Below the pieces are notes generated by a model. The model had not been told where the DNA came from. It saw only the letters and a list, made by a program, of their open reading frames with translations, and ran no database searches. The position numbers and the translations under genes were made by a program. Shown here in pieces: positions 31,779 to 42,147 of a DNA stretch of 64,000 nucleotides. The stretch comes from an uncultured Thermococci archaeon. GTDB taxonomy: Archaea; CAYQAE01; CAYVLA01. The DNA lies in assembly GCA_964549615.1 (NCBI GenBank), contig CAZJVP010000030.1, forward strand, positions 11,112-75,111, in the 5' to 3' direction. How positions within the stretch are numbered: the first letter of the stretch is position 1; each line of letters opens with the position of its first letter.

Positions 31779-32377
31779 TGTGTTATGGTAGGGTTTTCGA
31801 AGATCCCCCAGGCGATGACCTTCCTGCAGGCGTCGTCCTGAACCGTTATAAGCCATTCACCAAGCCCTGGATCGATCTTCTTCACCTCGCACCAGTCCAG
31901 ATGCCCCAGCGACATGGAGTGTTTGCGCTCGTACCTGATCCACCCGCGCCTCTTCTGTTTGCGAGGCTCTCGGCATCCGTGTGGTGTTGTGAGGGATCCT
32001 TGGGTTGTGTTCTTTCTGGATGAGGTGTTCCAGTATGACTGCGCAGACATGGTGCTTGTTCCAGGCCTACAAGACCGGCTCTTCCTGTTCTGGGTCGTGC
32101 ATTTTGCAGGGTCTGCCCGGTTTGCGGAGGGTGGGCATCTGTCCGGTGGATCTGTAGAGGACCTGTCATCGGTAGCGGATCCGTAGGGATCTGTAGCGGG
32201 CCCACGGCTGTTGGAGTCTTTTGTGCTGATCTGGTAGACCCCGGCGATATTTCCGTTGGTCATCCTGCTCTTCCCGCCCTCCTCCTAGCGCCGCATCATC
32301 CACCGGATCTTTGAGTCGGTTAGCTTGGCCACCGACACGCCCAAAACAGGGCGGCGAAAGGATTTTCGGATAATACA
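31779..32377 (-). mobile_element. Decayed IS481-family (ISA0963-like) insertion sequence remnant
   Basis: Ends TGTGTTAT...ATAATACA. Frameshifted/stop-broken transposase pieces: MAKLTDSKIRWMMRR*, YRSTGQMPTLRKPGRP, KQKRRGWIRYERKHSMSLGHLDW...ITVQDDACRKVIAWGIF. Flanked by 15/16-bp direct repeats. Confidence 0.85.
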
Positions 32378-32392
32378 AGACCGAGCCGCCCT
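32378..32392 (+). repeat. Right target-site duplication AGACCGAGCCGCCCT
   Basis: Direct repeat of 31763-31778, immediately outside the IS end. Confidence 0.8.
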
Positions 32393-32399
32393 CTCCCCT

Positions 32400-33086
32400 T
32401 TAGGTGGGGCCCAGGAACAACTTCCTAACCTTGTTGGATTCCTCGGTCTTGCAGAAGATCAGAACGGTCATGTTCGGTCTCATGGTGGTGTCGCCGTGCG
32501 GTATCACCGTTTCACCGTCCTCGACCACCGCAAACACCGTCGCGTGAGACATGTCCCCCATCGCCGACACCTGGGCAAGGGTCTTCCCGACAACGGGCGA
32601 CTTCGCATCTATGTGTAGCTCGAGCATCTCGCCCCTGACCCCCGTCAGGCCCGCAACGTCGACGACCCCGGGGCTCCTTATTAGGCGGGAAATGTACTCG
32701 GCAGCCGCCTTCTCCGGACTGATGACCCGGTCGATGCCAAGCTCAAGAAACGGCTTCTCCATCTCCAGGCTGGAGACCCGGGCGATCGTCATCAGGGGCC
32801 TCTCCCTCTTGGCATCTGCAACAAGCCTCTTGGCGACGAGGCAGGACGTCAGATTGACCGCCTCATCACCCGTCACCGCCACGATGGCATCTGCCGTTTC
32901 GACGTTGAGGGACTGCAGCTGGGCTGGGTTTGTGCCTGAGCCATGGAACACGAATGCGTCGAGGGAGCTGACCTCGCGAACCCTCCGCTCGTCCTTTTCG
33001 ACCAGGGTGACATCGTTCCCGGCTTCGATGAGCATCCTCGCGAGATTGTACCCGATCCTGCCCGCCCCTATGATTATGACGTACGT
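32400..33086 (-). CDS. trkA: TrkA/KtrA potassium-transport NAD-binding (RCK) subunit; start apparently ACG
   Basis: The frame extends upstream of the listed ORF as (ACG)YVIIIGAGRIGYNLAR, supplying the GxGxxG motif; RCK_N and RCK_C domains follow. Confidence 0.85.
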   Translation of the reverse strand, partial: TYVIIIGAGRIGYNLARMLIEAGNDVTLVEKDERRVREVSSLDAFVFHGSGTNPAQLQSLNVETADAIVAVTGDEAVNLTSCLVAKRLVADAKRERPLMTIARVSSLEMEKPFLELGIDRVISPEKAAAEYISRLIRSPGVVDVAGLTGVRGEMLELHIDAKSPVVGKTLAQVSAMGDMSHATVFAVVEDGETVIPHGDTTMRPNMTVLIFCKTEESNKVRKLFLGPT

Positions 33087-33091
33087 TCACA

Positions 33092-35224
33092 TCACCTCTC
33101 GATGAGATACCTCACCATTCTGCCATATGCGGGCCTGGTTATCGTAATGCCAGCCAAGACCCCCACGATCGTCATTATCGCAAAGCCGCGTAGCCGGCCG
33201 AGCCCCACGTAGGCCAACGGAACCATGGCGATTATGGTGGTTGCGGCAGCCGTGAAGACTATGAAGAAAGCGCGCGATATTCGCGTGGACATCACGAGCC
33301 TTCTCTTTCCCTGCCCCTGGTATAGGGCTTCGTCCGTTATAACTATCTGCTCGTCCACCCCTGTTCCGATTGCCGCGACGATGCCCGCGACGCTTCCTAG
33401 GTCGAGGTACTGCCGGATCAGCACCGAGAATCCGAGCATTATCAGTACCTCGCTCAAGCTCACTCCCATCACCGCGGCCACCAATTTCGGCCTTCGGTAC
33501 CTTAGATATATCACCGTCAGCACCCCGATCACCGCTGCCGCCCCGGCAGAAGCTACCTGTCTCGCGAAATCCCTGCCCAGGACGGCCGGAATCTGCCCTT
33601 CGCCGGCCGTCCTCAGCTTCGTGGGGAAGGATGCCTCCAAGTTGATGTAGAGTTCCTCAGCCCTCCTCCTGGCCTGGTCGTTATCCCTGGGACCGCCCGT
33701 GATCGCCAGAAAGCTGACCACGGCTTGCTCCCTCATGCTCTCCGCGAGATCGGCGGAGAAAGATGCATTGTACACTTCGATCCCGTTGAAGAACATCCCG
33801 AGGGGGTGTTTCCGCCGAACGCTCTCATCTGGGTCTATCGCGCCGTGAAGTAGGGCGAGGTCGCGCAGCCGCTCCGCCGCTGGTTTCTTAAGCGTCATTG
33901 GAACCGCCCAACCACCCGCCTCGGAAGCATAGTAGTAATGGTCAACCCTAGCGACGTCTTCCGAGGTGAACGCCCTGACCGTGATGTTGCCGGATGTCCA
34001 GAGGCGCGCCTCGAAGTCGAGGGGTTCAAGGACGGAGCTGTTGCCGGCGATCCTTTCCGGGGATTCCACGATTATGTACTCGCCCCCCGCCCTCTTTATC
34101 CTGAGGTCGGACACGCCCATGAAGTCCGCCCTTGACTCGATCATCTTCTCCACCTCGCTCATGGTCTCTGCAGAGACCTTCGTCTCATAGGAGAGGATCT
34201 TCAGATACCTCCCAAAGGCTGCCTCGAGCTCTTCCCTGGTCGCCTCGGAGCCTCTGCCCTCGACTTGGAAGATCCCGGACGATTCGCTGCCCCCTACGAT
34301 GTCGTATCTCGTGGGGAAGCTGAGGTTCAGGACCGCCTCGAGGGCATGGTAGTTGGTGGCATTCAACACGAGCTCGGAGGTTTCGTTTCCGAAGACGAAG
34401 GATATCTTGCTCAGGCTCGAATACGTCGAGAAGAAGTCATCGACGGCAAGCTCCATCAAGTAGGCATTTGCCCCCATGGTCGCGATCTCGACGGTCAGGA
34501 GTCCCGCCTCCCCCTTGTCTTTCAGGGTGACCGTCGTGTTCAGGAACTGCCCCAGAAGGGCCTGCGTGACGTTCCCGGCGTCAACCCTGACCGTGAAGGT
34601 AACCCCGACGGGCTTCACGTTGTAATAGAAGCCGCCCACAAAGTCTATCCCGAACTTGAGGTTCGTCCTAAGGCTCCGCGGGGTGTTGAACTTCACTATC
34701 CTTGCCGAAGTTCCCAAGAACTCCTGCAGCTCAGCCTGGTCGAGCCTCTTATCGACCACCATCGAAATCGAGCTCCCAAGAACCTCAACGTAGGTGACCT
34801 TGCCCTTCGGCCCCAGGGTGCTTTCGATCAGCGTGACGATGCAGTCCCTGTCGGTGACCGTCACGTTCGCGCGAACGAAGGTACCGTTCAAGACGGTGAC
34901 CTCGGGCGGAATGCCCCTGGGTATCATGCCCGCCAACTTGGCCTTCAATTCGCTGACGATCGTCTCGTTTTCCCTTGGCGTCACAACCGAGAAGGAGAAT
35001 CTGTGAACCCACAAACCCTCATCAAACGTCGACGATAGGCGTGACACGTTCTGGTAGCTGGCCTTCAGCATGCGTTCAACGATCTGTGAGGAGTTCACGT
35101 CCTCAACCGTCAGCTCAGTGGTAGACCTAGTGACCATCGGCATGAGCAGAACCAGCGCACCGATATCTATCAAAATGAGGAGTTGGATTCGCCAGTCCCT
35201 GAACAGATCGGTTGGCAGCCTCAT
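33092..35224 (-). CDS. secD: Protein translocase subunit SecD with enlarged ectodomain
   Basis: LKFGIDFVGG, IAAIGTGVDEQIVITDE-like motif (GIVAAIGTGVDEQIVITDE), LRGFAI.TIVG and ITRPAY motifs. The ATG overlaps the secF stop. Confidence 0.9.
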   Translation of the reverse strand: MRLPTDLFRDWRIQLLILIDIGALVLLMPMVTRSTTELTVEDVNSSQIVERMLKASYQNVSRLSSTFDEGLWVHRFSFSVVTPRENETIVSELKAKLAGMIPRGIPPEVTVLNGTFVRANVTVTDRDCIVTLIESTLGPKGKVTYVEVLGSSISMVVDKRLDQAELQEFLGTSARIVKFNTPRSLRTNLKFGIDFVGGFYYNVKPVGVTFTVRVDAGNVTQALLGQFLNTTVTLKDKGEAGLLTVEIATMGANAYLMELAVDDFFSTYSSLSKISFVFGNETSELVLNATNYHALEAVLNLSFPTRYDIVGGSESSGIFQVEGRGSEATREELEAAFGRYLKILSYETKVSAETMSEVEKMIESRADFMGVSDLRIKRAGGEYIIVESPERIAGNSSVLEPLDFEARLWTSGNITVRAFTSEDVARVDHYYYASEAGGWAVPMTLKKPAAERLRDLALLHGAIDPDESVRRKHPLGMFFNGIEVYNASFSADLAESMREQAVVSFLAITGGPRDNDQARRRAEELYINLEASFPTKLRTAGEGQIPAVLGRDFARQVASAGAAAVIGVLTVIYLRYRRPKLVAAVMGVSLSEVLIMLGFSVLIRQYLDLGSVAGIVAAIGTGVDEQIVITDEALYQGQGKRRLVMSTRISRAFFIVFTAAATTIIAMVPLAYVGLGRLRGFAIMTIVGVLAGITITRPAYGRMVRYLIER

Positions 35225-36117
35225 CTTCTCCTCGCCCTCTCCTCCAGGAGCCTGTACTTCTTGCTGAGATAGCCGCGCATGACCCCTGTGTTGAAGAACC
35301 AAGTATTGACGATGTCCGCGCTCATCCCAAGTATGAGGACGATGGAGATGTCCCTCAGGACATCGGATGTCGTGAAGGCGTAAAGGGCGATCAGGGCACA
35401 CAGCGTCGTCATGGTCATTGTGAGTCCGGTTTTCATGCTGTCCCGGATCCGCTCATTCAACTCCTCCCTTCTCTTGAGGAGCCTCGTCGTCAGCATGATG
35501 TTGTCGTCCACAGAATACCCTATGAGCATGAGCAGCGCCGCAACGGTCGCAAGGGAAAGCCTGACGCCCAAGGCCGTCATGAATGCCACAGCCGCAAACA
35601 TGTCCAGAAACGCCGTGGCTCCGACGAGCACCGATGGCAAGAACGACCTGAACACCACGTAGACCACGACGAACATCCCAATGTACGCGGCAACCAGAAC
35701 GGCGGGCGCCTGGCGTTTGAAGGTCACGGCAAGGGGCACATCGAGCGCCGTTGTCGTGCCCTCCTTTCCGTATTCTGCCTTCATATAGGCAAGGATGTCA
35801 TCCGCCTTTCCTTGGGTCTCGACGCTGAGAACCCCGCCGCCCTTCTTCACCGATATCTCCTTGATCGCAAATTTCTCCCTGAGTTTCGCCTCGATCTCTT
35901 GCGCAGACAGGTCGTATGACCCGGGAAAGCTGATCAGGGTGCCGCCCGTGAAGTCGATTCCATAGTTGAACAGGCTGCCCGTCTTGGCGGCGTTCCAGGC
36001 TAGCAGGGTAGCACAGACGAGAAGCAACGCCAAGGGTACGACGAGCATCTGCTTCCAAGATAGACGCGTGACGTCCAGGAAAGAAGGGAGACTGCCCGGG
36101 GTCGTTCCTTGTCGCAA
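35221..36117 (-). CDS. secF: Protein translocase subunit SecF
   Basis: GIDFTGGT, AALLMLIGYSVDDNIML and DIVNTWFFN motifs. Confidence 0.93.
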   Translation of the reverse strand: MRQGTTPGSLPSFLDVTRLSWKQMLVVPLALLLVCATLLAWNAAKTGSLFNYGIDFTGGTLISFPGSYDLSAQEIEAKLREKFAIKEISVKKGGGVLSVETQGKADDILAYMKAEYGKEGTTTALDVPLAVTFKRQAPAVLVAAYIGMFVVVYVVFRSFLPSVLVGATAFLDMFAAVAFMTALGVRLSLATVAALLMLIGYSVDDNIMLTTRLLKRREELNERIRDSMKTGLTMTMTTLCALIALYAFTTSDVLRDISIVLILGMSADIVNTWFFNTGVMRGYLSKKYRLLEERARRR

Positions 36118-36300
36118 GTGTTCACCGCCAGGGTCAAGAGGTACGATGGCTTTGCCTTGCTTGGTTTCGCTGGCCTTCCCTGGCCATTTAGCGCCAGTTC
36201 CATAATTGGCCTCTTAAATACTTTCGTCTCGCCGTCCCGCAGCCCCCGTCCCTTCCGGACCCCGGCTCCAACCCCCTTCCTGGGCCGAAGCGCGTGGATG

Positions 36301-38346
36301 TCACAGATGGAACTTCAGTATGAGCGGAACGAAAAGCAGCGCGGTGATCGACATCAGTTTGATGAATATGTTCAGGCTGGGGCCGGAGGAGTCCTTCATC
36401 GGATCACCCACGGTGTCCCCTATCACGGCTGCGGAATGCGCCAGGCTTCCCTTGCCGCCCAGGTTGCCCGCTTCGATATACTTCTTCGCGTTATCCCAAG
36501 TGTTTCCAACATTGCCTTGGAAGAGCCCAAGAAGCAGGCCGCTCGCGATCGACCCCGCCATCATGCCCACCAGAGCGTCCGGGCCGATGACGAATCCAAC
36601 TAGAAGCGGGGTTGCTATCGCGAGCGTCCCGGGCAAAACCAGATGTCCGAGCGCGTTCGATGTGACCAGGGATACGCACTTGGCGTAGTCGGGCTTTGCT
36701 CGTCCCTCCATCAAGCCTGGAATCTCCCGGAACTGCCTCCTTATCTCATCCACGGTCGCGTAGGCGCCCTTTGTCACAGCTTGTACCACGATGGCTGTGA
36801 AGAGGGGGGGAAGCGCCGAACCGATGAGAAGGCCTGCGAAAGTCCTGGGGTTCAGGAGGCTCAAGACCTTGTCCAGCCCACCCACCTTTCCAGCATATGT
36901 GACGAACGCCGGTATCCGGGTGATAGCGACGAAGAACGCTATCGCCGTGAGCGCGGCCGAGCCTATCGCGAAACCCTTGCATACGGACTTCATGGTGTTC
37001 CCGACCGAGTCCAACCTGTCCGTGATGTCCCTGACCTCCTTCGGCAGCCCGGCCTGCTCGGCTATTCCCGCCGCGTTATCGACTATGGGCCCGTATGCGT
37101 CTGCCGCCACTATTACCCCCGCGATCGAGAGCATGCCGACTGCCGAGATGGCAACGCCGTAGACCCCTGCCGCCTGGAAGGAGATGAGGCCGGCCACGGC
37201 AACGCACACGATGGGCACGAAGGTGCTGTAGAACCCCATCGAGAAACCCGCAAGCAGCCCTAGGGCAGGGCCACCCTGATCTGAGCTAGCCACAGTCCTT
37301 GCGGGGGAAAACCTGCTGGAGGTGAAATAGTCCGATGTCTGGCCGATCACGACCCCCACCGCGAGTCCGCACAGCATGGCCGTGTAGGGCCCGGGCCAGT
37401 CCGGTCCCATGAGCGCGGAGGCAGCGAAGAGACAAGCGATGGCTGCGATCACGGTCCCAATGACGCTTGCTCGCGTGAGGGCTCTTTCCGGCTCGCCCCT
37501 AACGGTGAACGAGGTCGCGATCGATGCCAGTATGCCTATCCCCGAGATGACGAGCGGCAAGAGAACCCAGTTGAGTCCGTCTGCACGCTCGCCGTAGACT
37601 GCAGCCCCCAGTATCATGGTGGAGATCATCGCGCCGACATAGGACTCGAACAGGTCGGCGCCCATGCCCGCCACATCGCCTACGTTGTCCCCGACGTTGT
37701 CGGCTATGACCCCCGGATTCCTTGGGTCGTCCTCAGGTATGTTCCTCTCGACCTTGCCCACGAGGTCTGCCCCGATGTCGGCTGACTTGGTGTATATTCC
37801 GCCTCCAACCCTGGCGAACAACGCTACCGTGCTTGCGCCGAAGCTGAACCCCGCGATGTCGCTGACGACGTCCAAGGCCCTTCCAAGATCCATGCCACCA
37901 TACGCCAGGTAGAGCAGCACGACCCCAGTCAGCCCAACCCCGACGACCCCGAAGCCTAGGACGCTTCCCCCCTTGAATGCGATGTCCAGAGACTTGCCCA
38001 GACCTTCCGTTCTGGCAACGTTCGCGGTCCTTGAGTTGGCCCTTATTGCGATGTGCAGGCCGATGAACCCGGCAATCGCGGAACAGGCAGCTCCTGCCAC
38101 GTACGCTAGAGCAACGCGCGGCCCGAGGAAGACGCCGATTGCAACCGAGACAATGGCAACTATGGCTGCGATCAACCTGTACTGCTTGCTCATGTAAGCC
38201 TTGGAGCCCTCTCTGATGTACGACGAGACCTCCTTCATCCTGTCGGTTCCCTCGCCAACGGCAAGGATTCGCCTAGCGAGGTATCCTAGGTAGGCAATTG
38301 AGAGGAGCCCCGTTGCCAGTGGCAAAGCGATTGAGAGGTCTGACAT
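36301..38346 (-). CDS. hppA: Membrane-bound pyrophosphatase, K+-independent H+-pumping type
   Basis: GGGIYTKSADIGADLVGKVE, DNVGDNVGDVAG, GNTMKS (Lys at the K+-dependence position) and GDTVGDPMKD motifs. Confidence 0.93.
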   Translation of the reverse strand: MSDLSIALPLATGLLSIAYLGYLARRILAVGEGTDRMKEVSSYIREGSKAYMSKQYRLIAAIVAIVSVAIGVFLGPRVALAYVAGAACSAIAGFIGLHIAIRANSRTANVARTEGLGKSLDIAFKGGSVLGFGVVGVGLTGVVLLYLAYGGMDLGRALDVVSDIAGFSFGASTVALFARVGGGIYTKSADIGADLVGKVERNIPEDDPRNPGVIADNVGDNVGDVAGMGADLFESYVGAMISTMILGAAVYGERADGLNWVLLPLVISGIGILASIATSFTVRGEPERALTRASVIGTVIAAIACLFAASALMGPDWPGPYTAMLCGLAVGVVIGQTSDYFTSSRFSPARTVASSDQGGPALGLLAGFSMGFYSTFVPIVCVAVAGLISFQAAGVYGVAISAVGMLSIAGVIVAADAYGPIVDNAAGIAEQAGLPKEVRDITDRLDSVGNTMKSVCKGFAIGSAALTAIAFFVAITRIPAFVTYAGKVGGLDKVLSLLNPRTFAGLLIGSALPPLFTAIVVQAVTKGAYATVDEIRRQFREIPGLMEGRAKPDYAKCVSLVTSNALGHLVLPGTLAIATPLLVGFVIGPDALVGMMAGSIASGLLLGLFQGNVGNTWDNAKKYIEAGNLGGKGSLAHSAAVIGDTVGDPMKDSSGPSLNIFIKLMSITALLFVPLILKFHL

Positions 38347-38517
38347 AACCAACCCAAATCCGCCCGCGCAGGGTGCTTAATTAGCCTTTCCCAGATCGGC
38401 CGGAACGGCGTCCGGACCCAACTGTGGCTGAGCCGTGCTGATCTAGCCCCAGTGGGATAAGCCGGCCGGCACGCTCCTCGGCTCTCTGCCGATCCCTACG
38501 AGAAGGCCGGGTCGGAA

Positions 38518-40503
38518 TCAAACCTCTGGCCGGGATAGAAGTTCCCGGTCGATGATCTTCTTCACCTCGCTGACGACCTCCGGGTTGCCCAGCGTGGTGA
38601 TGTCCCCGGTGGGCTCACCCCTCACCATGTTGGATATGACGCGCCTCATGATCTTGCCGCTTCTAGTCTTGGGCAGATCCGGCACGAAGATGACATAATC
38701 CGGCCGCGCTATCGGGCTGATCTCCTTCGAGACGTGTCTGATGAGCTCCTGTTTCAATGAATCCGTCGGCTCCGTGCCGTGCACGAGTATGACGAAGGCC
38801 GTTATGGAAGAGCCCTTGACGGGGTCGGGCTTTCCGACCACGGCGGCTTCAGCGACCTTGGGGTGCGAGACGAGCGCCGACTCAACCTCGGCCGTGCCTA
38901 TTCGGTGCCCGGCAACCTTGAGCACATCGTCCGCCCTGCCCTGAATCCAGAAGTACCCGTCCTCGTCAACACGCGCAACGTCCCCAGCAAGATATACGCC
39001 AGGGAATCTTGACCAGTAGGTTTGCTCGTACCGCTCCTTCTGCTTGTACAATCCAACGAACATGCCTGGCCACGGTCTGGTGAGTACTAGGTTTCCTCCC
39101 TGGCCGATGACCTGCTTGCCGGTGTCGTCGTAGACGGCCGCCTCAAGGCTCGGGAAGGGGAAGGTTGCGGACCCGGGCTTCAGAGGCGTAACGGGCAGAG
39201 GCGTGATTATGAAATGGCCGGTCTCGGTCTGCCACCATGTGTCCATGATCGGACACCTCTTGCCGCCGATCACCTCATGGTACCAGACCCATGCCTCCGG
39301 GTTTATCGGTTCTCCCACCGATCCGAGGAGGCGCAGAGAACTCAGGTCGTGCTTGGACGGCCATTCCTTGCCGAAGCGCATGAAGAGCCGGATTGCCGTG
39401 GGAGAAGTGTAGAAGACGGAGACCTTATATCTCTCGACTATCTGCCAGAACCTGTCGGGCTCGGGATAGGTCGGCGCGCCCTCGTAAAGAACCGACGTAA
39501 CGCCCAGCATCAGGGGCCCGTAGACTATGTATGTATGGCCCGTGATCCAGCCGATGTCCGCAGCGCACCACCAGACGTCATCGTCCTTGAGGTCGAAGAC
39601 CAGCGAAAGCGTTGACGCGGCCCCGACCTGGTACCCTCCGTGCACGTGCATGACGCCCTTTGGCTTTCCGGTCGTGCCCGAGGTGTACATAATGAAGAGC
39701 AGGTCGTTGGAGTTCATGACCTCGGTCTTGCACTCATCGGGTTGACCCTTCGTGACATCCTCCCACCAGTAGTCCCTGTCCTTGACCATGTTGACCTTGA
39801 TCTTGTCGCCCAGCCTCCTCACCACTACCACCTTCTTCACCGTGGGTGACGCGGCCACGGCCTGGTCTGCCATCGCCTTCAGATTGAGAGGCTCGCCCTT
39901 TCGGTAGTAGCCGTCAGCCGTGATGAGTGCCACACACTCGGCGTCCACCAGACGCTCCTCCAGCGCCTTGGAGCCGAAACCCGAGAAGACCACGGAATGC
40001 ACAGCCCCGATCTTCGCGCACGCGACCATGGCTATGGGAAGCTCGGGTATCATGGGGAGGTAGATGCCAACCCTGTCGCCCTTCTTTATCCCGAGGCTCT
40101 TCAGGGCGTTGGCCAACCGGTTGACCTCCTTGTACATCTCCCGGTAGGTCATCTTGCGAACCTCGCCCAACTCGCCCTCCCAGATGTAGGCGACCTTGTC
40201 CGCCCTACCATCCTCCATGTGTCTATCCAAGGCATTGTAGGCGATGTTCGTTCTTGCGCCTTCAAACCAGACGAAGTAGGGGGCTTTGCCGGAGAGAACC
40301 GTCTTCCACTTTCGGTGCCAGTGGAGATCCTTTGCTAGTTCTCCCCAGAACCATTCCTGGTCCTTTGCCCTCTCGTAGAGCTCCTTCACGGTCCTTATCT
40401 TGTGCTTGTCCATGAACTTCTTGACGTTGCTCTTCTCCACCAGTTCCTTGGGGGGCTCGAACAACCTCTTCTCCTTCATCAGGGCTTCTATAGTGGCAGA
40501 CAT
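38518..40503 (-). CDS. acs: AMP-forming acetyl-CoA synthetase
   Basis: [43 protein letters not shown] and [12 protein letters not shown] motifs. Confidence 0.96.
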   Translation of the reverse strand: MSATIEALMKEKRLFEPPKELVEKSNVKKFMDKHKIRTVKELYERAKDQEWFWGELAKDLHWHRKWKTVLSGKAPYFVWFEGARTNIAYNALDRHMEDGRADKVAYIWEGELGEVRKMTYREMYKEVNRLANALKSLGIKKGDRVGIYLPMIPELPIAMVACAKIGAVHSVVFSGFGSKALEERLVDAECVALITADGYYRKGEPLNLKAMADQAVAASPTVKKVVVVRRLGDKIKVNMVKDRDYWWEDVTKGQPDECKTEVMNSNDLLFIMYTSGTTGKPKGVMHVHGGYQVGAASTLSLVFDLKDDDVWWCAADIGWITGHTYIVYGPLMLGVTSVLYEGAPTYPEPDRFWQIVERYKVSVFYTSPTAIRLFMRFGKEWPSKHDLSSLRLLGSVGEPINPEAWVWYHEVIGGKRCPIMDTWWQTETGHFIITPLPVTPLKPGSATFPFPSLEAAVYDDTGKQVIGQGGNLVLTRPWPGMFVGLYKQKERYEQTYWSRFPGVYLAGDVARVDEDGYFWIQGRADDVLKVAGHRIGTAEVESALVSHPKVAEAAVVGKPDPVKGSSITAFVILVHGTEPTDSLKQELIRHVSKEISPIARPDYVIFVPDLPKTRSGKIMRRVISNMVRGEPTGDITTLGNPEVVSEVKKIIDRELLSRPEV

Positions 40504-40519
40504 GATGCTCACCAGAGAT

Positions 40520-41068
40520 CTATACTGGGATCACGGTGCGGCCGTAAAGCTGGTTCCACACGCTGGCGATGGCAACGTAGATCGCCGAGAACCCACACAC
40601 GATGCCCTCGATTCCTGTGATCGTGTGGAAGACCTCGGACTCCACGAACTCCCCCACGGCCAACAGGAAGAACAGGACCGTTAGGGTGCCGAACACGACC
40701 TGGAGCCCGCGGCTGAGCTTGAGGGTCCCGACGAACATCCATCCCGTGAAGAATCCCCACATCGCGAGGTAGGCTGCCATGCCAGCGGCATCGGGGGCAT
40801 CCGCCCACCCGAGCTTTGGGAATACGAGGAGCCCCACGAGCGAGAGCCAGAAAAGTCCGTAGCTCGTGAAGGCGGTCGTCCCAAAGGTGTTGCCGTTCCT
40901 GTACTCCATGATGCCGGCTATGACCTGGGCTAGGCCACCGTAGAACACGCCCATCGCCAGGATCATGCTGCTCAATGGGTACAGCCCCGCGTTGTGAAGA
41001 TTCAGCAGGACGGTGGTCATGCCGAACCCCGTAAGCCCAAGCGGCGCAGGATTTGCCGTGTCTGCCAT
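40520..41068 (-). CDS. satP: Acetate uptake transporter (SatP/GPR1/YaaH family)
   Basis: [24 protein letters not shown] and [12 protein letters not shown] signatures. Confidence 0.93.
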   Translation of the reverse strand: MADTANPAPLGLTGFGMTTVLLNLHNAGLYPLSSMILAMGVFYGGLAQVIAGIMEYRNGNTFGTTAFTSYGLFWLSLVGLLVFPKLGWADAPDAAGMAAYLAMWGFFTGWMFVGTLKLSRGLQVVFGTLTVLFFLLAVGEFVESEVFHTITGIEGIVCGFSAIYVAIASVWNQLYGRTVIPV

Positions 41069-41355
41069 ACGCCATCCTTTGGGTCCTTGCCGCAGATGGA
41101 TGGTTGATAAACGTTTCCGGGAGCGGCGCGCGCTGCCGCCGGGTTTCATCACGAGTTCGTCACCAGGCCGCCAAAGGCGTGGCTCGGTGGCACGACTCTT
41201 CCACCCGAAGAAGATCCCCAGACCGTGGTGGATCGGTAACGCAAACCTATTTCTTTAGCGCTATCCTGCCATGGACGAATGCCGAGTCCCCGCGTTCGTT
41301 TGGCCGCCGCACGCCGATTTCAAACGGTGCTGCTAGCATCGGGGAGGGGAGGGCA

Positions 41356-42114
41356 GTGGAACGCAGGCTGGTGATCGTGGACGAGCGAGGCAGAAAACAT
41401 CTCGCCGTCCCGGGCGACAGGTTGGAGACGGACCTCGGCATCTTCAACCTTCCTCGCAGGTACGCCTCCGGAGAGTTGCTCCGAAGCCATCTAGGGCACG
41501 AGGCATTCGCCCTGGAGCCCAACGTGCGCGACTATGTTGAGAAGATGGCACGGCCCACCTCGGTCCCGTACTTTGAGGATATCGGCTTCGTGCTGGCCCT
41601 CGCCGGGCTCCGCAGCGGACAGACCGTGGTCGAGGCGGGAACTGGGAGCGGCGCGTGCGCGCTTTATTTCTCCCAAGCAGTCGGGCCGGCCGGGAAGGTG
41701 TACTCGTTCGAGATTCGCGCCGACATACACGGCATAGCGCTCGCAAACCTCAAAGGCTTCGGATGCCGCAACGTCGAGCTCATCAACGATGACGTCCGCA
41801 ACATCGCCGAAGACATCAAGGCAGATCTTTTCTTCCTCGACCTTGCCTCGCCGTCCAAGTACATCCAGTCTGCCTACTCCTCTATGAAGCCAGGGGGCAT
41901 GATCTGCGCCTTCGTCCCCTTTCTCGAGGAAGGTGCACGCTGCGTGAGGAAGCTCAAGGCGCTCAAGTGCTTCGACGTCCGGATGGTGGAGGTCTCACAC
42001 CGGGACTACGAGGTCTCAAGCCACGGCACGCGTCCAAGGACGACGCAGACCGTCCACACGGGATACATCGCGTTGGGAAGAGCTCTTCCAGCGCGCCCGG
42101 AGAAGGTCGATTAA
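41356..42114 (+). CDS. trmI: tRNA (adenine-N1)-methyltransferase TrmI/Trm61
   Basis: VVEAGTGSG, VYSFEIR, FLDL..P and TRP....HTGY motifs. Confidence 0.88.
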   Translation: MERRLVIVDERGRKHLAVPGDRLETDLGIFNLPRRYASGELLRSHLGHEAFALEPNVRDYVEKMARPTSVPYFEDIGFVLALAGLRSGQTVVEAGTGSGACALYFSQAVGPAGKVYSFEIRADIHGIALANLKGFGCRNVELINDDVRNIAEDIKADLFFLDLASPSKYIQSAYSSMKPGGMICAFVPFLEEGARCVRKLKALKCFDVRMVEVSHRDYEVSSHGTRPRTTQTVHTGYIALGRALPARPEKVD

Positions 42115-42147
42115 CATTTTTGAAGGTTCCCCCGGGGGTGCAGCCTG

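Noticed and set aside
33087-33089. Selenocysteine TGA at codon 2 of trkA
   Set aside because: Not a Cys-homologous position, and no SECIS-like element was recognised.
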